A stretch of 64,000 bases of DNA from Camelus ferus (Eukaryota): positions 95,482,001 to 95,546,000 of the forward strand of contig NC_045696.1 of assembly GCF_009834535.1 (NCBI RefSeq), given 5' to 3'. Below the pieces are notes generated by a model. The model did not search any database. It was not told where the DNA came from and saw only the letters and a list, made by a program, of their open reading frames with translations. The position numbers and the translations under genes were made by a program. Shown piece by piece: positions 27,562 to 41,030 of the stretch; position 1 is the stretch's first letter, and every line of letters begins with the position of its first letter.

Positions 27562-27871
27562 TCACAGACATAGAAAACAAATTTATGGTTACCAAGGGGG
27601 AACGGGGCTGGGAAGGGATAAATTGGGAGCTCAAGATATACAGATACTTTATATAAAATGTATATAAAATAGATAAACAACAAGTTTCTTCTGTATAGCC
27701 CAGGGAACTATAGTCAAGATCTTGTAGTAACCTATAATGAAAAAGAATACGAAAAACAAATATATGTATGTATGTGTATGACTAAAACATTATGCTGTGC
27801 ATCAGAAATTGATACAACATTGTAAGCTGACTACACTTCAATAAAAAATAAGAATTATATGTAAGAAAAAA
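27562..27871 (+). mobile_element. Young 5'-truncated L1 3' end
   Basis: cacagacatagaaaacaaatttatggttacc...acttcaataaaaa; 14-bp TSD atcaaat[a/g]catagg at 27548-27561 and 27872-27885. Confidence 0.93.
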
Positions 27872-28607
27872 ATCAAATGCATAGGGCTCTGCAATTTGAA
27901 TGACAGAGAATCACGTTTCTTATAAAATCAGCTGAGGGCATTTAATTCATTTCCCCTTTTCTAGTACAAATTATTTTCCCATTTACAATTTTCCTTGGAA
28001 ACTAGGAGGTGATTCTTGTTTCTTGACTGACTGGAAATTTTAATATTTGGGACCAACCCTCCAACTTGATTTGTCATTTTCTCATGGGGTCTTCAGACTT
28101 TCTTGCAAATATATCCCCCACTGACCCACTCAATGTATAAACCATGATGTTTTCAAATTTAGTTCTCAGTGACTATAAAACTTGAATCCACGTTTTCAGG
28201 TCATAGCTCCATTATAAAACATTTATAAGAATGTAGGAAATAATTATTTTACATCTGGGAAGACAGAGCTATAATTATCTTTTTAAGTGGGAACATGATT
28301 AAAGAATAATATAGTGGCCCATCTTCTTGGTCTCTATTTAAACCCAATTTGAAAGAAAATAACAAAGAAAAATGTTCATGTCCTTTGGATTTATATTTTG
28401 CTCACTTTTTTTCCCATTGGGACAGACTATTATCTAAATAAGAAGGAATAAGATAACTACAGTGATCAATTTTAGGAACAGTGGAAGCGTAAACAAAAAG
28501 GCAACAGAGGAAATAATTTGGGAAATTATGCAGGAAAAATTATAAAAGAGCAGAAGAGGTAGAGAGGATAGTTATCCAAATAATATACAAAGTAAAGCTT
28601 TAGATTC

Positions 28608-28716
28608 AGGTGTTCAATTTAACAAATATTTTTAGCCTCTATTATGGGCCTCCCTGTATCTTAGGCTCTAAAGAAAATGGAAAAGACCTCTGCTTTCAAG
28701 GAATTTATATTCTAGT
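28608..28716 (-). mobile_element. L2 3' fragment
   Basis: ttcaatttaacaaatattt...ctctgctttcaaggaatttatattctag. Confidence 0.7.
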
Positions 28717-28721
28717 TTTTA

Positions 28722-29233
28722 TATATTAGTTAAGATTAAGTTGTCTGCATTTATAAAAACACTTAAAAAGATTTAAAAAATCACATTTTCCCCTCTAACA
28801 TAAAAAAAATAAAAAAACTCAATATAACCTAGTGCTGGTATGGTGATTCCAGAATCACTATGTTCTTTATCTATATTTTTTCTCTACTATCACATAGTAT
28901 ATAGCTTCCATCCTCAAAGCAATTCACTGTTCAAACAGCTGCTGGGGCACTAGCTTCCCCATCCATTACCAGACAGCAAGAAAGGGGAAGAGGAAAACAG
29001 CAAAAGGTAGCTATCACTCCGTTAAGGTATCTTTCCAGGAGTCTCTTCCCAAAACTTCCACTTTAACTCATTGGTCAGGACTTAGTCATATTGAAGCCTG
29101 TAGCTGAAAGGAAGATTGGGAAATAAGACATTCTTATCAGACATATCACTGCTCCAAATAACATTGGCTTGTTTGTTCCCAAAGCAGAAGGGAAGAATGG
29201 ATAGCATGCAGGGATCCAGTTGGCTCTGCCACG
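28722..29233 (-). mobile_element. MaLR LTR, MLT1J-like
   Basis: tatattagttaagattaag start; ttccatcctcaa; ctcattggtcaggacttagtcata; tagctgaaaggaagattgggaaat; ends ctctgccac. Confidence 0.78.
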
Positions 29234-29974
29234 GATAGAAACATGTGAATGTGGTTATTTTAACAAAATATTACTCAGTATCATATGCCAGCAAAATTAT
29301 AATTAGCCCAGTGTGATCTCTTTATTATTTTATAATTATTTGCTTCTTATGGTCTTCAAACCATGGATATATTTGTAATGATGAGAAAAAAATAAAGACT
29401 CAGGTTGGCTGAGAAAATCTGTCTTCTCCTAGCTGGCCCTTTCTGTCATTTTCATTTAAACCAGTTTTATTTTGTTCCATTTCCTAAGAAGAGTATACTT
29501 ACTTGTATAGAACAGGGAAAATTATTTAAACCCCGAATTTCACTCATTTGCAGAACTACTTGCAGATGTTGCCTTTGAACATTCAAGAGACTAATGAGAG
29601 CTGGACAGCAATCTCATGGGATTATTCACAAATAAAATAATAAATTTATGTCCCTAATAGCCTAAGATCCAGAGAGTTGGCATGAGACACTGCCAACTCA
29701 ATCTTTTCAGTTATTCATATTAAGGACATACGCAAATAAGCTCCAAAAGCACCTTAAAGATTCAATTCTATTACAATTCTTTCCTGTGTCTAATTGCTGG
29801 TCGCAGAAGAACTGAGATTCTATCACATCCTAGTTTTATAAAGCTAAACTCTGTTAGAGTATTAATAAGGAGTATATTGATTGCTTTCCAGCTCCTAATT
29901 CCCTCCCTCACACTATTAGAAAATAAATGAATCGTTAACTCCTTCTCTAAATTAGTCATTCAGTTCCCTGAGTA

Positions 29975-30155
29975 CACGAGTTTTAGAATTTGCAACATGC
30001 TTTCCCATGTTATAAATCACTTTATTTTCACAACCATCTTATAAAATAAACAGTTTGCAGTTATTATTCCTCTTTTATAGGTATTTGAGGCTCTTAGGGG
30101 TAAAGTAAATTGCTCCAGTCACTTGGCCTATAAATAACAAAATTTGGACTATGAT
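29975..30155 (-). mobile_element. MIR SINE
   Basis: ttttcacaaccat...ttattattcctcttttatag...tgaggctcttaggggtaaagtaaattgc. Confidence 0.7.
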
Positions 30156-31754
30156 TTAAAAAAAATTTTTACTGTAATCATTGTCATCATTGCTCCTTTT
30201 ATCTACCCATAAAGGATGAAGTCTTTTTCAGTAAACTATTTTCCTCTGTTGCTGTTAGCAATATGATGGGAAAAGAAAATTCTTCTGTGCTGCTTCTGAT
30301 TTCCCCTCTTTAAATCACATTCATGCACTCTCACATTGCTCCCTTTTCTTCCCCTCCAGATCAATTTGTTTTATAGCTTCTCTTAATTAATGCTCCATCT
30401 TCACCAACATTGGTATAAAGGACAGGAATGAAATATCAAAACCTGCTTTATAATTGTAGATTCACTCTTGCTGTGAGGTTCAATGAAAGGAATAAAATTT
30501 CAATTAAGCAATTACCTAAGAGTGCCACTGAAAGCCTCAGGAGATCAACGGTTCCTTTCCATGGCTTTTGCAGCTCTCATTGACCATATGTTGAATTTCC
30601 ATTTTTCATGGCTTCCTCTTAGGTGGAAATCTCCACATATTGACATGTGTGTAATGGAAGGGCACCACGTGAAGCCCAGTTTTGTATTTATCCAAGCCCA
30701 CTGGCTTCAAGGTCTGTGACAAGAGTACAATAGGTACCAGCAAGACGCCCCACATTTTCGATGCCCTGTCAAAGCCTGGCTGTTCCTGGTCCTGTGATGA
30801 TATGGAAATAGCTCCTTTCTCATTGTACAGGCCAAGCTCACATGCGGATTAGCCCTTTGAACACCAAGTCCATTTCTTTGCTTTCATTGTTAATACTTGT
30901 AAACCAGACCCTGCCTAGATAGCAGACACTACTCTTTCCAACTGAGTTGACTGAGTTAGGAGAGCCTAAGAGAGAAGAGACATCAAAGCTCGTCAGAGTC
31001 AGGTCCCTTCCATGATATCAATTAAGCCAAATTTGATTATCTTCCTGTCTTTTAACTCACAGACCAGTTTCCAGAAAGTTGTGAGCACAAACTATCACTC
31101 TATGGACACTCAAAGCACTTGGAATCAATCACCACATGTCCATCCACTGAAATTAATTTGGAGCAACAATATGATCTACGGATATTTCTTAACTCAGGTT
31201 TTTTCTTTTTAGTGCCTTTGCCGCACAATTATAAAGGATAAATTTTTAAAAAATTAACACTTCTAAAGGTAAACATAATGCTATAATACTAATGTAATAT
31301 ACTAATAATAATACATTATATTTGCATTGTGATTTAAATGTGTTTACATATTGTAACTATGCTTTATGTATGAATTTTCTATGTATCCTATGATATTTGA
31401 GTAAAGATACAGAAAGTTTTGTCAAAAAGCTGTAGTTTTTTCATATACTTTTTTCTTTCTTTGCATTGCTGAATTTTACGTTTGAAAAACAAAAACATGG
31501 AAGCAGCACTGATCTTTTGTATTATTCTTTTATAAGAGGAGACCCAGGATTCTGGAGCAGGTGTACTCAGGAGAAATTTATGTTTAAACATTAATATAAG
31601 TGGAAATATATTGCAGAACTTAAAAAAAGTTATAAAGAGGATTGCCAAAAGGCCTTGATTTTAAAGAAACTTGAAAAATAAAAAGAAATATTAATTGAAT
31701 CTTCTCCAATCCCTGCCTGAGTACCTGATCCTGGAGAAGTAAACACAGACCACA

Positions 31755-31983
31755 TTCTTCTTTGCAAACGGAATTTTGATGGCTCCCTGTTACACCAAGC
31801 CCACAATCATCACTGCTGGACTCCAAGCCCTAATAGTCTGACCCACACCTTGCTTAACTTCTTCATTTCTGCTCTCTCACCTGAAGCTCCAATCACAACA
31901 TTCTACTGAAATTTCTTGAATAGTTTTAAGCATCTGTACCATTTTTCATAAATTCTCTCCATCTGTCTACAGTGATCTTCCCC
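31755..31983 (+). mobile_element. L2 fragment
   Basis: gatggctccctgttacac...aagccctaatagtctgacccac. Confidence 0.55.
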
Positions 31984-32319
31984 TTTTGTGGGTTTAATTG
32001 CATTCTCCAGAAAAAAAGATATTTTTAAGTTGTAACCCCCAGTATCTCAGAATGTGACCATATTTTGAAATAAGGTCAATGCACATATACTTAATTAAGA
32101 TGAGGTCATACTGGAGTAGAGTGGGCCACTAATCCAATATGACTGGTGTGCTTACTTACAAGAAGACTGCCATATGAAGACACAAACACACAGGGAGAAT
32201 GCCATGTGAAGGCTGAAGTGATGTATCTGCAAGGGCCGTTGGCCATCACCAGAAGCTAGGAGATCGGCATGGACCCAATGTGTGGTATTTTGTTACAGGA
32301 GCCCTAGGAAATTCATACG
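31984..32319 (+). mobile_element. MLT1C-like LTR with internal deletion
   Basis: cagaatgtgaccatattttgaaataagg; ttaagatgaggtcatactggagtag; caccagaagctaggaga joins almost directly to tgtggtattttgttacaggagccctaggaaa. Confidence 0.88.
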
Positions 32320-34109
32320 CTATCTCAAACTGTTAACATCTACCTGTTCTCTGGATGGAGCACAGTTTAAGTGTAATCACTATTTTCCTTGACTCCTCCC
32401 TAAAGGAATATAATTATCAACATGTTATTTTATTTTCCTGAAAACAGTATTTAATATGAAGAGCCTGATGGTTTCAGGAAATTAAAAAGTGAAAATATAA
32501 ATTTATAATCTTATTTTTACCCTTGGGAATATAATAGGTTAGTGAATTAAAGACACAGAATTCTGTGTTCAATCCATTTTGAACTTCTTTCTCTTCATTC
32601 TAAATCTTTGTACATACTAGACCCTCTAATGGAATTTTTTTATTCTTCTGCCCTGATGACATCTACTCTGAAAAACCATTTTTAAATTCCAAGGACAGGC
32701 TAGAAGCCTGGTCTATACGATCAAATAACAGGCTTAGTAAAGCTAAGTTTATCCTACCAGTAAGTTCCATTGGGACCCTTGGGCTATAGTGGGAATGTAT
32801 GAACTGAGAAGTGGCCATTGAATGGGCTAACATATTTAAGAATAATGCTTTAAGAATTTAAGTGTGGTTGCTTTGGCCAAGAAGCAGAATTTTACTAAAA
32901 TTCAACTTTGCCTTTATTTTATTTAAAAATCTAGCAACAGACAAAATGGCATTGGCACATATATTTAGATTTGGACCTGGACCACCATGAAGGTACAATT
33001 GGTGATGTTCCTTATATATACAAGTGCATAAATATTTCATTCCAATGACTAACGGTCTGTACAACATTCCTATTGTTTATTCTGTAACACTGAAGTTTTT
33101 CCTATTGCCTTATTGGCTAAAGGATGGCAAGATAATGCTAATGGTGCTAAAGACAATAATGTCATGAGCTTGTAAAGAACATCACAAAGCACTCTTGAGC
33201 CTATTCAATTTACCCTGCATAATTCAGACTTTCTCTATTTTGCCAAAAAGTGCTTTTCATGCATTTTAATCTCAGCATATCATTAGACTAGAGTACAATG
33301 CACCAGGATTAGCATGCTCATAAGGAAATCTTACACGTAACTTTCTGTAGTGAAAGCTTATTTGTCTTAGCCAACTTAAACAAGTTTCCTGAAGTCTGTG
33401 TCATGTGTTAGTAGGAAGTAAACAAAGCACTTGCAATAAAGGCTAAAGAAATGCTGATGTTACCATGTATCACCTTGGCTGATATTTTGGAGATGTAAAA
33501 AAGATTTTTAAAAGATTTCCGAACCACTTGTTTTGGCCAATATATAGGACGGTCTCATCTTTAGCATTCTCTAAAGTCAAGTAATTATAATTCACATTTT
33601 CCATCCTGTAATTAGTAGAGCAACTATCCAACTACATTAGGGTTTCATGGGTTCCTTTTCCTACCTAATGAATTCAAAGACATCAAAATTCAGTGGGGAA
33701 AAAAAAAAAACAGCAAAGAAGTCAAGGAAAAATTTCCAGTAATTCATCAGAGTCATTTACAATGCAATTATACACAGATACAGTCATTAAAAAATGAAAC
33801 TGAAAAATGTTCAACTCCTGGTAAATTTGTAGAGAAATATGTCAAATACTCCATGAGTGTAAGCCTTACAATACAAGTTCTTAAATCATCTTTGTTTAGA
33901 CAAACTTATTCTGTAGCAGCTCATGTTTTCTCCAAGGGAAGACATTAAAAACTATTTAAGGAACAACTTGGGATAACAATGTTTAACAGTGTTAATGCTA
34001 CTCAGCTTGTAAGTTCTAACTGATAAAAAAACAGAACAAGCAAAAATTGATCCATAATTTTTCTAACATCAAATCATGATGAAGGCAGTTATTGACACAC
34101 ATTTTCATA

Positions 34110-34800
34110 CTGTCTTAATTTTTCTATTTACAAAAGTAAGAAAAAGTTAAAATTCAAACGTTACGGAAATTAATAAAATAAAGTCCTCCATAATCCCACC
34201 CCTTTAGTTACTGGCTATACAGTCCTTCAGCTTTTTTACTGTACATATGCTAATACTGCTACTGACCTATTTTTACAGAAAAATGTCACACAATGCATAC
34301 TACTCTGAAATTTGACTTTTTTTTTTCATTTAGCAATATATTTTGAACCTTTTTTCATGATGGTAATTTAGCTGTATCTCTATTTTTAATGGCTTCATGT
34401 TACTCCATTAAAATGCGCCCATCAGAGATTTTTCCCTATTGCTGGAAATTTCAACTCTTAGCTCTCAAAACAAAGCAGAAGTGAATATTTTTATAGATAT
34501 GTATTATTATACTTTGGCACTTATTTCTGTAGGATAAATATCTAGAAATGAAAAATGCTATGTCAAGGATATGATCATTTTAGAGTTAATAAATATTTCT
34601 AAAATATTCTCGACTTAGTATCACACTGAATATAACCAAAGTATTAGATACCTCCTTTCTCTGTTCCTTAGGAGTTTTTACTTTAATTGTATAAATTGAT
34701 GTGGAACTGGATAATATTAAGCCTTCCTATGGAAAGACATGATATTTCTCACCATTTATTCAGGTTGTCTTTTACGTTTTTAGGGCAAGTTTTATGTATA
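34110..34800 (-). mobile_element. Degenerate L1ME/L1M fragments
   Basis: ttatttctgtaggataaatatctagaaatg; ataatattaagccttcctat...catgatatttctcaccatttattcagg. Confidence 0.6.
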
Positions 34801-34984
34801 TAAATATAGTACATAAATTTGCATAATCCTATATAATTCATACTCAGAGACTATTGTCATTAATTGCTAAGCTCTCATGTTTTGATTTATATTTTATGCT
34901 GAAAGCTTTATCTGTATAATATTTTGCTTATCAAATGAATTATTTTTGAATATTAATATATTAATATTTATGTAGGCAACCTAG

Positions 34985-35075
34985 AAATCTTCCACAATTT
35001 GTGTTCTAAGCGCAAAATATAATGTTTGACTCATATTAGGTGTTTAATAAATTCTTATTGAATAGATTAATGAAA
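34985..35075 (+). mobile_element. L2 3' tail
   Basis: taggtgtttaataaattcttattgaatagattaatgaa. Confidence 0.55.
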
Positions 35076-36130
35076 ATTATTTACCTTTATTTATGAATAG
35101 AACAAAGAGACACTAAGTGTCTTAAGGGGTGAAGTCAAGTTTCTCATTGGTCTATCACAGTTGCTGTTCTATCACACTGCATTTATTTATGTGAAATACA
35201 TCTCAAGGAAATTATGCCATAGATTTTAGTTTTTGGTAGTGGACAGAGAGACATCTAGCCCATTGAAGGGCTATGCCTTTGGCTGCTACCTCTTTTCTTT
35301 CTAATTCCCCTCTCACTCCAAATGTATTCAGGTATTCTGCCTGAATATTCTGCCACTACTAAACAAGCTGAAAATGTAAGTTGTGCAAAGATTTGTTTAA
35401 AAAGCTAAACATTTCAGTGAAAGACTTTCCTGAAATAAGAAACTAACTACAATTTTTGTGAACCACCAATCAAGATCTGAAAATATTCATGCTGCAATTT
35501 GAAAGTGAAGCAGGAGGAAAATCAGACTCACTCTGCCACTGCATAAATCACCCACACGGGAATGCGGGAAGCACTCAGAGAACGGAAAATGGGGAATTCG
35601 TGACTCTTCCTGACTAGCAGTTCAGTCTAGAGTGAACAGCCGTCATGATTTCCCAATAACAGCCTCTCACGAACTCAAGATAAATTTCAATTCAAAAATA
35701 ATGCTTTTATTGTGTTCAGAATGGTTTGTTTTGTGTAAGACACAGTATTAAACTGATAAAATTTGTCACTGAGAACAACATTTTATGCAGATAGGTCTTG
35801 GTTAGTAGGATCTTTCTATTGGAATTGGACATGGAACTATAATGTAGAACTCATAACTGATTCTAAGGGGTGGAAGAAAGTATTGAGCTAAGTCCTCTGG
35901 CAGGAAAATAAACCTGCTAACTGAAGAAAACAAATACACAGGTGCTCCTAGATGTATCTCAACCCCTTAACCTTTTCTTTCCTGTCATGTATGTTAGAGT
36001 ATGGAAGAAGGTGGAAAGGTAAACTAAGAATCAGTTAGTTTAGACATAATCTGTGATAATCAGTGGGCTCCCTAGGATTGAGATAGAAGCTGCTGCAAGA
36101 TATGCAATCTGGGAAGACAATGTTCTGCTA

Positions 36131-36244
36131 CAGCAGTTCTCAACTGAGAGTTGCTCCTCCCCTGGGTTCCTAAATATCCTACAATGCATAGGACAGCCCC
36201 CTACAACAGATAATTATCCAGCCCCAAAGTATTATGAAACTCTG
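36131..36244. mobile_element. MER20 hAT MITE, internally deleted
   Basis: cagcagttctcaac...ctaaatatcctacaatgcataggacagcccc...aattatccagcccc...gaaactctg. Confidence 0.82.
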
Positions 36245-36337
36245 TGCTGGATGACTGGACAAATTACCAGGTGCATCTTTGTAATCTCACTTGTTATTTA
36301 GGATGAGACAGATTTGTGGAGCAAATGAAAGCACACA

Positions 36338-36480
36338 TTTTGCTTGTATTGTTTGATTTCTGAGGGGGAGGTAATTAGGTTTCTTCATTGATTTCCACTT
36401 GGAGGAGGTACTGGGGATTGAACCTGGGACCTCTTGGGTGCTGAGCATGCGCTCTACCACTTGAGCTATGACATTCCCCC
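36338..36480 (-). mobile_element. tRNA-derived SINE, camelid Vic-1-like
   Basis: Reverse complement gggggaatgtcaTAGCTCAAGTGGtagagcgcatgc...GGTTCAATCCccagtacctcc...aacctaattacctcccc plus A-rich tail; no clear TSD. Confidence 0.88.
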
Positions 36481-37997
36481 ATGACTTATTAAGGATAAGA
36501 AGTTTAAGAAGATAAAAATGATTTGAGATAAATATTAAATTGCACTTAAAATTATGCCTTTAAATTGCTTTAAATAACATTTGCAACAAATGGTAGATTC
36601 ATGTTGACTAATGTTGTTTAAGTAACTAAATATGTTTTTATGAATGTAGGGTAATTCAGCTTTATTAATTTGCAGAGTTTTGAGTAGAATTTAGCATCTG
36701 GGTCTCACATACATTAAGTGTGTCTTCATTCAGACCTTGTGGATAATGTGCTACTGGACAATTCATGGCAAATTTCCAGAATGGCAGTTTTTGCAATCCA
36801 GAATAGATACATAAATTCCTTTGGAAACTTACACTAAACAGACTGGGTCCTGACGTCTCAATTTCCCAGAAACATTCTGTAGAACACGATATCAGCTGAT
36901 TCTTTATTAGATGTTATGGCTCCAGCTTTGGCATTGTAGGTGAAAGAAAAATGGCTCCCCTGAACCGGCTACTTGGATCAGAAATGGGGGCATGTGCCAG
37001 AGACATAGTATGATCAAAACATCAAGGTGAAAGTTTACATGACAGACTCAGTGGTGGTAGCCTTCTGTTTCTGTCTTGATGAAAAGTCTGTGATTTTTAT
37101 TTTATTCCAGAAAACACTGAACTGCGATTTAGATTTCATAATTTAATGAGATGATTTCCTTATACTTCTGGTGAACTATTTTATTTCTTTCTCTTACTTT
37201 TTTTCCTTTTTCATCTTTTTATTCTCATGCTATTGTGTGGGCTGAGCAGAAAGGACAGGTGGGCAACTATTTCTGAAAAGCTTGGCAAGAACTCTGCCCA
37301 ATAGATGCCCTTCATGGAAGCAGTGGGGGCAAGGAGCTCAAATTCTCTTTTTGTAAGAAGGAAAAACTCTCAGTAAAGGAAAAGGTCTGTTTCTTAGGCT
37401 TAGGGTATTATCTTTTGCCATGATAAGCTATTTCTAAAGTCATTTATGAATCCCAGGAATACTGAGAGTTGTCAATCTGCAACCAATCAAACAAATCCCA
37501 TGCTACCTTACGTTGCTGTGTGTTCTTTCAATGACGCATAATCATTAAGGGTGTATAACTCCTTCTTGTAACTCCAAAACACTTCCTTTTCTATGAGTTA
37601 AATCTGTGGGACTGAATTTGAGAACTAGAACCAACACAAGTCCTTTACTTATGTTAAATAATACTGGGACTAAACATATTTTTCTGTATGGATCTTAAAA
37701 ATTCTGTGATTGAGCATACTTATTTAGTCATATTTAAACAATATTAAGAAGCCAAAAATTTTTAGCTACTGCTTCAGGAAAAATTTACGCTTGATAGATA
37801 ATAGTGTGAAACAACTAAGATAGTTTACTAATCTGACTCAGAGCTGGCTCATCAAGACCTACTTAAAAAATCTTCTTTCACCCTCACTTTGCTGTGCTCA
37901 CCAATCATCAACTTTGCCTGATTACAGCTGTTTTCTTACCCTTTAAGATGCAAATTACAGTGATACAATGGAGGCCCTAAAACCCTGTATTTCTCTT

Positions 37998-38463
37998 TAT
38001 TATTTGTTTTGAAAATAACTTTTTTAAAATTGAAGTATAGTTGATTTACAATGTTGTGTTAGTTTCAGGTGCATAGCAAAGTGATTCAGTTATATATATA
38101 TATATATATATATATTCCTTTTCAGATTCTTTTCTATTACAGGTTATTACAAGATAGTGAACAGGACACAGCTCCCTGTGCTACAGAGTAGGTCCTTTTT
38201 GTTTATCTATTTTATATTAAAAAATAAGGCCTTTGGACCTAGATACTATTATACTAAGTAAAGTAAGTTAGACAGAGAAAGACAAATATCATATGATATC
38301 ACTTACATGTGGAATCTAAAAAAAAGAATAAAGAATGAACTTATTTACAAAACAGAAATAGACTCAAAGATATAGGAAACAAGCTTATGGTTACCAAAGG
38401 GGAACGGTGGGGAGAAAGGGATAAATTAGAAGTTTGGGATTAGCAAATATACACTACTACATT
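37998..38463 (-). mobile_element. L1 3' end with 5' inversion
   Basis: Antisense 3' end 37998-38217 and sense segment 38234-38460; 10-bp TSD tatttctctt at 37988-37997 and 38464-38473. Confidence 0.9.
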
Positions 38464-40279
38464 TATTTCTCTTGATGTTCGCCTCTCAGATACCTCTAAG
38501 ACTCTGTCAAGGTAAAGTTTTCCCTTAATAGAATAGGTATAATGAATTTAATTTTAGTTGACCACCATGCTTTTCTGTTGGTCTTTGGAAGGTGAGTAAT
38601 AATAGCAAAGTTAAGATATTACAACAAGGGTCAAGAAGACAGAGGCCTCTGAACAATAAATAGATCACATAAGTTTCTGGGTCTCCTCAAAAAATGATTT
38701 CTAAGGAGAGAAGAAAAGTAAATAGGCAATTATCCCCTGTGATCCCGCAAAGGTGGTTTAGGTGTCTATAAAAACTGTTCTAAAGCTCCAAGAAAGAAGA
38801 GAAACTTCTAAATGCTCTCTTGGAGACTGCATTTTATGGATACAAAACCAATATCTAACTGTACATTGAACACGAAGAACTCTTAGTATGTAATTAAAAA
38901 AGCAAATGTACTTTTGACTCTCATCATTCTTTTAAACCTGCTTAAAGTGAGCACTGTCCTTTCTATGCTTCTGGAAGAAAAAGTAGAACTAGATGCCATT
39001 ACTTTCTGACCGTTCCTTTAAATTGCAGATCTTTTAAACATCCAGTCTGGTGTAATTATCAACATTTTGAAGTCAATTTAAGTTAAATCTTATTCTTTCC
39101 CTTCCAGCTGGGGCTTTCTTTGGGCTGACTATTTAAAGGAGAAGGCAGGTGTTTAGTTCTTTTTCTTTCTTTCTCATTAACTTCTTGTTCCACTTAAAAT
39201 CTCTTAATCCAACACCATCAGAGTCAAAGTAGGTAGGGTGGAATCGAGAGAAGACTTAAGTGTGAGAGAAGAGGTAAGGCTAGTAGGAAAGCTCATATTT
39301 GACTTTTTCTACCTATCTGAGATATCTCCATGTGATTTCTAGAAATTACAGATATTTAAAGGTTTTTTTTTTTTTTTTTTCACTTATTGGGCACTTTGGG
39401 GGCGTTTCTTAAGAATTCTCTGTTGAGTACCTTTTTCTACAACTCCTGTACCATGGATAGAGCCTTTGCTTTGTCAGGTCTATCTCCACTCATAGAGGAT
39501 CTTCTTCTGGGATGAATACCCTGTATCCTTGCCAGCTGATACTTCTCGCCCTAAAGAGGCAAGCCTTCTTGGATGGGGCATACTTAAAATAATCCCAGGA
39601 TGACACTTCTACTTGGGACATATATGGTCACCATGATTAATCCACATTTGACTCACTTTTGGAGAGAAAGAAGTAACTTCCCAGTTTCAGCCTTCATTCA
39701 AGGATCACTTGAGCTTTTTCAGGGACGAGTTACAAATTTGGAGGAAACACAACTAAAGCTTTTTAAGTAGCTTCTTTAAAATTCCTTTCACCACAAGAAC
39801 CAGACACTGCCCAAGTCTTTCCTGCTCTGGGACTGAGATTCCCAACACATTGCTAATGCTCTCAAAAAATTATTTTTTTAACAGAACTTTCTCTCTGATA
39901 TCAACTCTCAATCATTTATATTCCTCAAGGAGACACAGGGCTTTAAGAGTTGTGTTGCCAGCTTAGGGATGTTTTTACTACAAATCTTACATGAGGTATA
40001 ACACCTACTTTGGAATATAGGAATGTCCAGTACATTATATTTTATCTTAGTGCTTTGTCAAAAATGTCAATGTCAACATTCTGTTAGGTACTGAAAAAAT
40101 TTCAAAGTAGTTCTTCTTATGTATAGTAATGGAAATGTTAAAGAAATTAATCCCAGATAGAATGTAGCAGCATATTAATTGAGTTATATACCCCAGCCAA
40201 TTGTATTTGATCTTAGGAAGGCAATGATAACTAATATCTGGAAATCTATTAATTTTCTTCATTACCTCCCACCAAAGAT

Positions 40280-40645
40280 TTCAAATAAAAAGGTTTTTGA
40301 TAGAATTCAACTTTCTTCCTGGTAGAAACTTTTAATTAACAAAAATGAGTATTTTTTAACATGGCAAAAATGTATTTCTAAGAAATATAGAATCATGCTT
40401 AACTAAAAAATACTAGGAGTACTTCCATCAATATTATCATGAAATTTAATGTCATCCTGGTAGAATGTTACATTTAATTACAAAAGAGAAGAGTGGCATA
40501 AAAACTAGAAGAGAAAATATAATTAAAATTATTTGCAGTAAGTATGATTGTCTAGCTAGATACTCTAAGAAATACCTGGTAAACTATAAGACACAGAGAA
40601 TTTAGTATGAGAGGCAATTTCAAGAAACAGTAGCTTTTCTTCATA
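40280..40645 (+). mobile_element. Very old L1 ORF2 (RT region) remnant
   Basis: aggtttttgatagaattcaac; ttatttgcagtaagtatgattgtctagctaga (decayed LFADDMIVYLE); cagtagcttttct. Confidence 0.6.
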
Positions 40646-40669
40646 TGAAAAGGGAATAATGCATGATGG

Positions 40670-41030
40670 TGTCTTAGTCAAGTTGGGCTGCTATAAAAAG
40701 TACCATAGACTAGGTGGCTTTTAAGCAACAAAAATTGATCTTAAAGTTCTGGAGGCTGGAGGCTGGAAGTTTGAGATCACAGTGCCAGCGTGGTCAGCTT
40801 CTGGTGAGGGCTCTCTTTCACAAGGCTGCAGAGGTCTGACTTCTCGTTGTATCCTCACATGGGGAAAAGGGCAAGAGGGCTTTCTGGTGTCCCTTTTATA
40901 AGGATACTACCCCATTCATGAACGTTTCACTTTCAGCACCTACTTTCCTTCCAAAGGCCACCCCCTAATACCATCACACTGAGCCCACTTCTTAATACCA
41001 TCACATTGAGGGTTAGGATTTCAATGTATT
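40670..41030 (-). mobile_element. MaLR LTR, MLT1A0-like
   Basis: tgtcttagtc..ttgggctgctataaaaagtaccatagactaggtggctt; contains a 27-bp-period duplication (40958-40983 / 40985-41010). Confidence 0.9.

Noticed and set aside
36400..36480. tRNA gene (also 56561-56635)
   Set aside because: tRNA-like head continues into a shared SINE body and A tail; one copy has a TSD; acceptor and anticodon stems are degenerate
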